NCBI GenBank assembly: GCA_001777575.1
Contig: MFEL01000012.1
Coordinates: 2,027 to 66,026, forward strand
Reading direction: 5' to 3'
DNA from: Candidatus Doudnabacteria bacterium RIFCSPHIGHO2_01_FULL_46_24
GTDB taxonomy: Bacteria > Patescibacteriota > Doudnabacteria > UBA920 > O2-02-FULL-48-8
DNA: 64,000 bases
Position numbers and translations under genes: made by a program. Every line of letters begins with the position of its first letter. Positions within the stretch are counted from its first letter, which is position 1. The notes beneath the pieces were generated by a model. It saw only the letters and a program-made list of their open reading frames with translations, had not been told where the DNA came from and did no database searches. This document shows, in pieces, positions 55,962 through 64,000 of this stretch.

Positions 55962-58900
55962 CTATTCAACGTTGCCGCCTGACTCATACGGAGCCAGCGA
56001 GGCGCTGATGGCATTGGCCGCACTATAGCCTTTGGCTGACAAATCAGCGCTTGAGGCAAATTTCAATTTCTTGCCGTCCGAGACCAGGAAGTAATCCGCG
56101 CCGTCCTTGACCAGCGTGCCATCGCGGAATTTGACGATCGGCCCTTCGGCCAGAGCGGTGTCTGCGGTGTTGGCCCGCGCCACATCGCTGATCTTGAAGC
56201 CATAAGTGTTGAACACTTGCATGGATTCAAACCCGGTCTTTTGATTGCCCCGGATCCACCAGACGGTCTTGCCTTCCTTGACCAACGCGCCTTCCGGATG
56301 CGGCTCGGAAGCCGAGCCAATCGGGCTGCCGGACGGGTAGTCAGAAAGATCAATCTTCGGCACGCCGGTCATGTTATAGCCCAGACCCTTAAAGACATCG
56401 AAGGAAGTAAAGCCACGCTTCGCGCCGTTTAAGCCGATCATAAACACGGTGCGGCCGTCAGAGGCGTCTAACACCAGCGTGCCTTCCATGGCTTTGGCCA
56501 CGGCTGATTCCGAGGCCAGCGCTCTGTCCGCCGCTGTTGCCGGCACGGCCTGGCTGAACCTGTAGCCGTGCGAGAGATATTCTTTTTCGTTTCTGAACCC
56601 TAGCCGCTTGCCGTTCTTGACCAAATAGATGGTCCCGTTGTCATTTATCAGCGTGCCGTTGGGGCGGGCTCTTGTTGCAGAACCTGAACCGGAAGCAGGG
56701 CTGGTCGGAGTCACGGCCACCGTATCGCCGGTGTTGATGCCTGATCCCGGCGTTGGCTGGGAACCACCGCCTCCGCTGCTGCCGCCAGTGTTATTGTTGG
56801 TGGTTGTCGTGGTAGTTGTTCCGGAAGCCGGGACTAATGGCACAAAATCAGAAAAGTGAGAGACTGTCGCGGTTAGGACGTTGTTCGTTGTGTCCACAGT
56901 GGTCGTCAGCGTGTCATATGACTGCGTGGCGTCATTATAGACTCCAACCACCAAGGTGCTTTCCACGGTTCCTGACGGCAGGTCAGCTTCCGTGTATGGA
57001 ATCTTGATAACCACCTCGTCGTTTAAGTTTTTGATCGGACTGCCGGAAGAGTCAACCGCGGAAATCGTCACCGCATTTTTCTTGAGAATCGTGCCGGAGG
57101 ATGGGTTCGGGATGCCCGTATTGCTGGTTGTGGTTACCGTGGCCGCGTTCGAACCTGTGCCTAAGGCATTGGCCGGAATGTTGAGCTGGAAGTTGGCGCC
57201 GATGTCCGTGTTGGTCAAGAAGCCGCCGGAGGTCGGCGTAATTGTTTCCGGTTTTTCCGCCTTCACGGTAAATCCGGTAATTGCCGTCAGGGAGATATCC
57301 TGATCCGTTGGGCTATTGCTGGCAACCGTTACGGTAATCGGACCGCCCTCATAGCCTTTGCCATGAGCTGACACGCTCCATGTGCCATTGTCAACGGCCA
57401 AGGAATAAACACCCGCCGCGTTGGTTTGAGCTACGGCATAACCGCCTAACCCATCATTGGCATCCACGAACGCGTTGGACACGCCGCTGCCGCTTAACCT
57501 GACAGTTCCGGTAATGGTTCGCGCGGCTGCCGTAAGCGTGACAGTGCCTGCGGCCACCGCGGCATTAACCACGGTGATGGAGCTGGTGGCCGGCGATCGG
57601 TATCCCGGCTTATCCACGCGCAAAGTGTAAGCGCCTGGCGGCACGCTAATGGAGAAAGTCCCGTCAGAACCAGTCTGGCCCCCAAGGAAGATGCGGTTGG
57701 TGGTGCCGGTCGGCGTGCCATTCAGCGAGGCCCAGGCGCTGCTCAAGGCACTGCCCGAGGCGGTCACAGTGCCGGTGACGGCAAATAATTGGCCGGAACT
57801 GGCCGTATAACTGATGGTTCGAGTAGTATTGACCCCGGTGGTTTCTCCGATTTTGCCGTAAGCTGGGTGTCCCGCCCGCACCGTGTAGGTGCCGGGAGGC
57901 ACCGATATGACATAAGAGGAAACTCCGCCCGAGGTGGTGGAAACATTGGTGAAGTTGCCGCGGCCATTGTTGTCGCGCACGTCAATGCCGACGTTTTCCA
58001 CGCCGTTGCCGCCGCCGTTGTCAATATTGACCGTGATCGTGATCGGCGCGGCCAGCGTGCAATCTTGGTTCTCGGTTGTGGTGTTGAGCGCGACCGCCAC
58101 TCCTGTCAGGGGAGTTGATTCGCCAACACCGGGGAAGAAGCAGGTGATGGAATAAGTTCCCACAGGCACCTTGATCGTATAATTGCCCGAAGAATCAGTA
58201 ATCCCCATATTCCCGCCGTTTGACCCCTCCGCCCTGACCATCACACCTTGCTGCGCGACAGTTGCTTTAGTTGCAGTGCCGGTTATGGTTCCCAGGGACA
58301 AAGTTTGGGCTGAGAAATCCTGGCCGGTTAAGCTGCTGGAGCCCACGGTCACAGTCTTGCTTCCTAATCTGCCAAAGCCGGGGGCAAAAGCTTCCACGAC
58401 CCAAGTGCCGGCCGTGACATAAAGCGTATAAGCGCCATTGGAGTCAGTGGGACCGCCGGCAAAATTGCCGCTATCCCCGCCGATGGCCGTGGTATCAGAA
58501 GTGGAATTGACTTTGCGGCCGCCCACACCGGCGTAAGGAATGGCATTGCCGGAATCGTCTTTAATGGTGCCGGAAATCGTGAGGGAAGTGGAAGCATCAA
58601 GCACAAACGCCAAAGAAGCTGGGCTGTTAGTCCCGCTGGTTGGGACATTGACTTGCTTGTCTGATGCCGGCGGCATGCCGGGCTTGAACACGCCGCAAGT
58701 GTAAGTGCCGGCCGTGACTCTGATGGTGAAAGCGCCACTGGTATTGGTCATGCCACCCGTGCCGAAGCCGGACGCAGTTCCCGTGGTGGATGTAGCCACC
58801 GGGCGGCAGAACACGCCGGCATTGGAAATTCCGGTGCCAGTTGAATCATTCACTGTGCCGGTAATAGTTTTGTCTGTGGTTGTGAGAACGAAGTTCTGGC

Positions 58901-61900
58901 CAGTCACGCTTGCCGACAGTACCGCGACTTGCAAATTCGGCGGAGGCATGAAGGTAAAGTCAGGAGGCGGAGGCGGTGGAGCACCCGGAGTAAAGGAAGT
59001 TTCAGGCATAGTCGGACCAACCCCGATGTTGTAAGTAGTGTTTGGGCTGACTGGCAAGCTATAAGTACCGGTCCCGCTTGTAAGTGTTACGGTAGCTTTA
59101 GAGAAACCATTCGGAGAGCTGGCAAACACATCGACAACAGTAGCCGGACTCGTATTCGGACCCGTAATCGTACCACCAATGGTAATGGCCGCGGCATTGC
59201 TTAAGGCAAACTTCTTGGTGACATCGCCGGAAATGGTAATCGGCTGGGGCATGGAATTAAACGCCACGTTAATCGCCGCAGTCGGCTTGATCCCAACCAT
59301 ATACTCGCCGTTGGCCAAACTGCTAAAGGTTGCTACTCCACCGGAAGCGCCGGTCGTGGTGGTCGCTTCTTGCCCGCCGGTTGCCGGACTGAACAAGTAA
59401 ACAGTCGCGCTGGGAACTCCCTCGCCGCTGTCTTTGGTGTTGTCCGAATTGGCATCCTTAAACACATGGACAGTCAAAGTGTTTGATCCGGTGGAGCCCA
59501 GGAAGAACGGCGATGCGGTCAAGGTTTGCAGAGTGGCGCGGTTATTGGCTACCGTGTCTTTGGTCTGAAGGCTGACCGTGTAGCCGGAACTGCTTGGCAC
59601 CGTGGAATTCACGATACCTGAGACATCCATGCATAAGAAGGAATTGGTTCCAGTGGCGGCTGTAGCCGTGGTGATGGTCACGGTGCCGGAATCATTATCC
59701 GCGGCCACCGAACCAATGGTTGGCGCACCGGTTCCCTGGCCATTAAGATCAGCGTTACAGAAACTGTTGGCTACTGCCACTGCCGCGGCTCCGCTTAAGG
59801 TAAATCCTGCCGGGAATGTTAAGACAATCTGGCCGGTGGATGGAATTGAGGTTGAGGCCAAAAACTCAATATGGTAAGTGGAAGTGGCTCCGGCTCCGCG
59901 GCTCATAGGTGTAACACGGGTCGGGTTCATGCCCTGCATGCCCGGATCAATAGTACCGGTGCCGGGCCCAATTTGGCCGCCAGTAGTGGTGGAATTTTGG
60001 ACCGTGCCGAATGAAGTGTTAGCAGCCGGCGTGCCTGTGGTTTCCACAACATTGCTGCTTAAGTCCTGCATGACTGTAGCTGCCGTGATTTTGTAAGTGT
60101 TGCCATTTTGCAAAGACAAACCGGTGATGCGGGCGGTTTTGGTGCCGGCTTCATAAGTCACGGTTTTTCCGCCCAAGCCGATGGTTGAGCCCACTGGGCT
60201 TTCCAAAGTATAGTTGGCAATGTTGTCAGCCGCGTTTGGTCCGCCCCCACTCTTCATGGTTTCGTTGAACGTCGCCGCGACGCTGAAGTTGTCGGCATTG
60301 CTGAAGCTGATAAACGGCTTGGTGGTATCGGGAGCGAATTTAACGGTAAAGGTACAAGTGCTATTGGCCGCAAGCTGGTTGGCAGAAAGATCTTTCACAC
60401 CACTGGCGCCCGAGACGATGGTAAAGGTATAACCGGTATTGGCGGTAAGCGCAGTAGATGGCACGAGGTTAGCGCTGCGGCTTTGCGGATTATAGGTGAC
60501 AGTGCTAGTGACTGTTGCATTGAGGTCAGAAGTCAAGGCCAATTTCAGGCGTCCGCTGATAATGGTTGCCGGGTCCATGTCTTCGGAAAACCCGGCTGTG
60601 ATGACAGCGCCCGGGCTGACCTCCGTGGTTCCACAGGCCGGACTGACGCCCAGCACAGTGGGAGGAGTTGTGTCAGCGCCGGAACTGGTGCGGAAGAACA
60701 GCAAATGAGGTTGTCCGCCTCCGTTAAACGCCGTGCCTGTCGAAGAAGTCGCTGTAGTATTGACTTTTGCCACATAGTCAACACTGACAGTAAGCGTGCT
60801 AGAAGGAGTCAGCGTCAAAGTCTTGCTGGGTGAATCATAGGCTTTGGTTGTGGTCACCGCTGTGCCGGGTTGCCCATTAACAGCAGTAAACAAGCCGACG
60901 TTGGCATCAGCCGTGATGTCACCGCCGCCGCTTGAAGCCATTCCCTGGCTGAAGGTCAGTTTGATCGGCGCGCCGGTGGGATGATTTTGCGAGCCGGAAT
61001 TTGGCTGGCTGCTCTGCACAAATGGCGGCGTGGTGTTGGTGCCGCCGGTTGAGCCGGTGGTAAATCTACAGTTAATAGTACAAGTGCCGCCAGCCACCAG
61101 CGCATTGCCAGCCGAATCCTTGACTCCGGAGGTCACTGTGGTGAAGTAAGTTGTGGAAGGAGCCAGTGAGCCTGGGAAGTTGTCCAGGCGAAGGGCCGCG
61201 CCATTGACCGCATCCGCGCCCGAAACCATATGGAAGGCGTAAGAATTATTGTTGGAAGCATTGGCTGTGGTCTTGGCGAAAAGCATATCACCGTTTGACA
61301 CAGCGGTGGCCGCGGTGACTGCGCCTTCCGCTCCTGGAGTCAACTTGGAAACTTGTGTAGAAACGGCAAATGTCGGAGCAGCTGATCCTCCGTCGAGCCG
61401 CAGAGCGCTAGGAGCAGCCCCGCTGATATTTTCAGCAGTAGTTACCAAATGCCACGCGTAAGCATTAAGATTGTCGGCATTGGTAGCTACCTTGGCAAAG
61501 ACCATATCACCCTGAACCAAGTCTAAAGTTAAAGCGCCCGAACCGTTTACCGCTGCAGTAGCAGTTGGCGTGATGGTTGAAAACTTGGAGCCGGAAACAT
61601 AAGTTGGAGCTGCCGCCGAGGAATCCAGGCGCAGGCTTGAGCTATTCACGGCAGCTGCTGTAGTCACCATGTGCCAGTTATACCGAACATCAGTTGGATT
61701 AGCCGTGGTATTAACCACAATAATATTACCCAAAGAAACAGATGTGGCGTCACTTACAGCTCCGGTTGCGGCCGGCGCACTGCCAAACTCGGTGATCTGC
61801 ATGCCGCCGAATGCCGGGAAGCCGTTGACCGCAAATGTGCCGGAAGTCAAAGTTGCGTCCGTAACCAAGCCGACTTCAGGCGGGAAGGTCTCGCGCTGGG

Positions 61901-63830
61901 TAATGACAATGTCGCCTGCTACCGGGCTGGCATAACCAGTGGGCGGCTGCGGTGAAATGGCATTGGTCCCCATCATGTGGTAAAAAGCAGTCGATGTGGA
62001 TCCGACTTTGGCAAAACGCGAGCTTGCGGTAAAGGTCGGAGGAGCCGAAACTACCACGTCAAATCCGTCAGGGAACGGCCGGAGGCCAGAAGCCACCGCG
62101 ACCGCGCCTGCATTGCCGCACGCGGCCACGCTGCAGAATGTGACATTGGTTGGGTTGATCGTGGACTGGTCAATGTTCTCGTTAAAGCCCACATGGACGA
62201 ATGCGGAAATAGGAACACCGGTGGAATTGTCAGCCGGGAAGGTCGTGCTGACATTTATCGTGGGCGCTACTGTATCAACCGTGATCGTGTTGGTATTGGT
62301 CGGAAGACTGGCGAGGCTGACGGCATCGCTGTCAGAAATGGTCACATTGGCATTGGCCCGGATGCTGACATTGAATTGCTTGCCGTTGGTGGGGACGGCT
62401 GCGGTTCTACCAACAATGTAGAAATCAGAGCCGACATTGCCGGCTGTGGTATTGTCCGCGGGAATAGCCGGAGCGCTGGCCGGAGTCAGAGTTGTCGTAT
62501 ATGGCCAGAACGCAGCCGCAGTTCCGCCATCCAAACGAAGGGCAGTGCCGGCGGCACCCGCTCCGCCAGTGGTGGCTGCGTGAAAATCATATCCTGCCAC
62601 TGGCGCGGCATTTAGCACTGGATTGGCAAATACTACATCGCCTGCTGTGATTGTCGGAGTTGCCGCAGTGGCGAGCCCCGTGCCGGATGGCGTAATTTTG
62701 GAAACTTGGGTGGAGGTGCTAAAAAGCGAAGTGGCAGAAGCGCCGTTGATGCGAAGTACTGAGACCGTGCCGGTTGCTGCCACGGTTTCCGCGGTGGTCA
62801 CCACACCCCAGGCATATCCTGAACCGGTGGTCCCAATAACCAAATCGCCAACCGCAAAGGTTAACCCTTGCGTAAGCTTGCCGGCAACAGATGCGTCAAC
62901 TGCAGAGGTAGTAGGAGAAAAAGAAGAAACTTTTGTAATTTGATAAGCAGTGGCTGCAGTTAAGTTAACACCGTTAATCGCAAAAGTATTTTGATTGACG
63001 CTGGTGGCATTGGTGACAACTCCCCATGTGGAAGCGCTAGAGCCGGTTTGAAACTGCACAATATCGCCCAAGACTGGGGTAACGCCGCTAGCCCACAAAG
63101 TGCCGCTATTAACCGTCCAAGCATTAGCGCCGCTTGCGCCTGTTGTGACATTAAGCGTATTGCCCGCTCCGCCGCCCATTTTGGAAATTCGGTAAGTGCC
63201 AGCTCCTAGTGCCGCGCCGTTGACGGCAAATGTGCCGGAAGTAAGCGTGGCATTAGTGACAATGGCCCAGACGCCGGCGGTGGTCGTGCTTTGATAAAAG
63301 ACTATATCGCCGACTGCCGGAGTGGTGTAAGTGCCGCTGGGGGCAATGGCGCTGGTGCCAGCCACTACAATAGTAGCGGTTTGAGTTGGCGTCAGAGCAG
63401 AAGCGCGGGTAGCGGCGCTGTAAGTTGGCGCGCCGCTTAGAGTGACCACGGCATCGCCGTTGGCTCCGTCCACAAACGCTCCATCACCGCCGGCAACCGC
63501 GCCGTCAGTGTAAAGAGCAACACCGGAAGTAGCACCCGTGGCTGTGGCAGCCAATTCCGTTGCCGGATCAAAACCTGTGGGGCCGGCGGCAGTGACTTGC
63601 ACTGAGCTCAATGTTCGGGCTGTGCCATTGGCCAGGTTCAAACCCAACACAGCCGTGGGGCTGCTGGAAGCCTTGATAGTAGCGCCGGTTAATATAAATG
63701 TGTTGACCAAGGCCGAAGTGCCGATGTTGGCAGCTAGAGCTTGCTCAATGAAAAGTCCGAAACTGCCAGCCCAAACCAAAGTCGAGGCGGTCAGAACGTA
63801 TGCGATAAATTTTCTCATATTTGTTTTCAT
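55962..63830 (-). CDS. Giant secreted/cell-surface repeat protein (2622 aa; Thr/Gly/Ala/Ser-rich, Ig-like/CarboxypepD_reg-like repeats)
   Basis: Signal peptide MKTNMRKFIAYVLTASTLVWAGSFG...ALA. Repeated TSGTFAVNG modules. Multiple GxYxV(R/T) prealbumin-like segments. poly-Thr linker. C-terminal globular region. Confidence 0.7.
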   Translation of the reverse strand: MKTNMRKFIAYVLTASTLVWAGSFGLFIEQALAANIGTSALVNTFILTGATIKASSSPTAVLGLNLANGTARTLSSVQVTAAGPTGFDPATELAATATGATSGVALYTDGAVAGGDGAFVDGANGDAVVTLSGAPTYSAATRASALTPTQTATIVVAGTSAIAPSGTYTTPAVGDIVFYQSTTTAGVWAIVTNATLTSGTFAVNGAALGAGTYRISKMGGGAGNTLNVTTGASGANAWTVNSGTLWASGVTPVLGDIVQFQTGSSASTWGVVTNATSVNQNTFAINGVNLTAATAYQITKVSSFSPTTSAVDASVAGKLTQGLTFAVGDLVIGTTGSGYAWGVVTTAETVAATGTVSVLRINGASATSLFSTSTQVSKITPSGTGLATAATPTITAGDVVFANPVLNAAPVAGYDFHAATTGGAGAAGTALRLDGGTAAAFWPYTTTLTPASAPAIPADNTTAGNVGSDFYIVGRTAAVPTNGKQFNVSIRANANVTISDSDAVSLASLPTNTNTITVDTVAPTINVSTTFPADNSTGVPISAFVHVGFNENIDQSTINPTNVTFCSVAACGNAGAVAVASGLRPFPDGFDVVVSAPPTFTASSRFAKVGSTSTAFYHMMGTNAISPQPPTGYASPVAGDIVITQRETFPPEVGLVTDATLTSGTFAVNGFPAFGGMQITEFGSAPAATGAVSDATSVSLGNIIVVNTTANPTDVRYNWHMVTTAAAVNSSSLRLDSSAAAPTYVSGSKFSTITPTATAAVNGSGALTLDLVQGDMVFAKVATNADNLNAYAWHLVTTAENISGAAPSALRLDGGSAAPTFAVSTQVSKLTPGAEGAVTAATAVSNGDMLFAKTTANASNNNSYAFHMVSGADAVNGAALRLDNFPGSLAPSTTYFTTVTSGVKDSAGNALVAGGTCTINCRFTTGSTGGTNTTPPFVQSSQPNSGSQNHPTGAPIKLTFSQGMASSGGGDITADANVGLFTAVNGQPGTAVTTTKAYDSPSKTLTLTPSSTLTVSVDYVAKVNTTATSSTGTAFNGGGQPHLLFFRTSSGADTTPPTVLGVSPACGTTEVSPGAVITAGFSEDMDPATIISGRLKLALTSDLNATVTSTVTYNPQSRSANLVPSTALTANTGYTFTIVSGASGVKDLSANQLAANSTCTFTVKFAPDTTKPFISFSNADNFSVAATFNETMKSGGGPNAADNIANYTLESPVGSTIGLGGKTVTYEAGTKTARITGLSLQNGNTYKITAATVMQDLSSNVVETTGTPAANTSFGTVQNSTTTGGQIGPGTGTIDPGMQGMNPTRVTPMSRGAGATSTYHIEFLASTSIPSTGQIVLTFPAGFTLSGAAAVAVANSFCNADLNGQGTGAPTIGSVAADNDSGTVTITTATAATGTNSFLCMDVSGIVNSTVPSSSGYTVSLQTKDTVANNRATLQTLTASPFFLGSTGSNTLTVHVFKDANSDNTKDSGEGVPSATVYLFSPATGGQEATTTTGASGGVATFSSLANGEYMVGIKPTAAINVAFNSMPQPITISGDVTKKFALSNAAAITIGGTITGPNTSPATVVDVFASSPNGFSKATVTLTSGTGTYSLPVSPNTTYNIGVGPTMPETSFTPGAPPPPPPDFTFMPPPNLQVAVLSASVTGQNFVLTTTDKTITGTVNDSTGTGISNAGVFCRPVATSTTGTASGFGTGGMTNTSGAFTIRVTAGTYTCGVFKPGMPPASDKQVNVPTSGTNSPASLAFVLDASTSLTISGTIKDDSGNAIPYAGVGGRKVNSTSDTTAIGGDSGNFAGGPTDSNGAYTLYVTAGTWVVEAFAPGFGRLGSKTVTVGSSSLTGQDFSAQTLSLGTITGTATKATVAQQGVMVRAEGSNGGNMGITDSSGNYTIKVPVGTYSITCFFPGVGESTPLTGVAVALNTTTENQDCTLAAPITITVNIDNGGGNGVENVGIDVRDNNGRGNFTNVSTTSGGVSSYVISVPPGTYTVRAGHPAYGKIGETTGVNTTRTISYTASSGQLFAVTGTVTASGSALSSAWASLNGTPTGTTNRIFLGGQTGSDGTFSISVPPGAYTLRVDKPGYRSPATSSITVVNAAVAAGTVTLTAAARTITGTVRLSGSGVSNAFVDANDGLGGYAVAQTNAAGVYSLAVDNGTWSVSAHGKGYEGGPITVTVASNSPTDQDISLTAITGFTVKAEKPETITPTSGGFLTNTDIGANFQLNIPANALGTGSNAATVTTTSNTGIPNPSSGTILKKNAVTISAVDSSGSPIKNLNDEVVIKIPYTEADLPSGTVESTLVVGVYNDATQSYDTLTTTVDTTNNVLTATVSHFSDFVPLVPASGTTTTTTTNNNTGGSSGGGGSQPTPGSGINTGDTVAVTPTSPASGSGSATRARPNGTLINDNGTIYLVKNGKRLGFRNEKEYLSHGYRFSQAVPATAADRALASESAVAKAMEGTLVLDASDGRTVFMIGLNGAKRGFTSFDVFKGLGYNMTGVPKIDLSDYPSGSPIGSASEPHPEGALVKEGKTVWWIRGNQKTGFESMQVFNTYGFKISDVARANTADTALAEGPIVKFRDGTLVKDGADYFLVSDGKKLKFASSADLSAKGYSAANAISASLAPYESGGNVE

Positions 63831-64000
63831 AATTATGCCTTTCTAAAACAAAGACGCGCCTGTTCTCGACCGATACAGATGCGTCCTTGCTTGATTATTG
63901 ACGAAAAAGAAAACCGAGGCAGTAGGACTCCCAAATTGGAAAAACCCTAACAATCCCTGCGAAGTTTTGTTTTTCACCGTTGATTTAATTGTTTTGCTTT

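Noticed and set aside
1-64000. CRISPR arrays and rRNA genes
   Set aside because: No regularly spaced direct repeats with unique spacers and no rRNA-like conserved stretches were found on reading through the window.

Overview
This window looks like a Patescibacteria/CPR-like bacterial chromosome segment, and it is almost entirely minus-strand coding. The calls below are from reading the sequence and the six-frame ORF track, not from any database search.

1. 82-5686: a type I restriction-modification operon (hsdR, then hsdM). A Shedu-like PD-(D/E)xK nuclease gene and a HEPN (Rx4H) gene sit where hsdS would normally be. No hsdS is visible in the window.
2. 5687-8801: accessory genes. These are a DUF3800 gene that shares a conserved 5' leader element with hsdR, an AlkD-like alkylation-repair gene, a STAS-like protein, and an HTH-fused GHKL ATPase.
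3. 9124-16616: a zincin-like metallopeptidase, an ECF sigma/anti-sigma pair, a frameshifted DUF2207 gene, pnp and rpsO.
4. 17002-19726: a complete diversity-generating retroelement (DGR). It has a reverse transcriptase, an inverted avd, and a 95-bp template repeat (TR) and variable repeat (VR). The TR and VR differ at 15 positions, 14 of them TR adenines. The variable repeat sits at the 3' end of a target gene with an FGE/C-type-lectin-like C terminus.
5. 19937-23366: a XerC/D-like recombinase, then a lipid head-group cluster (CarS-like CDP-archaeol synthase, PHP phosphoesterase, CDP-alcohol phosphatidyltransferase) and an EEP-family protein.
6. 23745-36598: an ABC exporter, a MacAB-like efflux set, msrB/msrA, a TreT-like glycosyltransferase, a Fic protein, two tRNAs (His-GTG, Arg-TCT), a desaturase and a DEAD-box helicase.
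7. 36648-44299: a DUF1003 protein, holA, tRNA-Arg(TCG), a metallophosphoesterase lipoprotein, tRNA-Lys(CTT), guaA, add and a guaB-like gene.
8. 44401-53463: a type IV pilus operon (pilM/N/O, pilins, pilC, pilB) with a GxxExxY nuclease gene inserted in it.
9. 53556-63830: three copies of a 40-bp element with an ATGCGATCGCAT palindrome in consecutive intergenic regions, a SleB-like hydrolase, a PaaX-like protein, and a 2622-aa secreted repeat protein.

No CRISPR array or rRNA was found.
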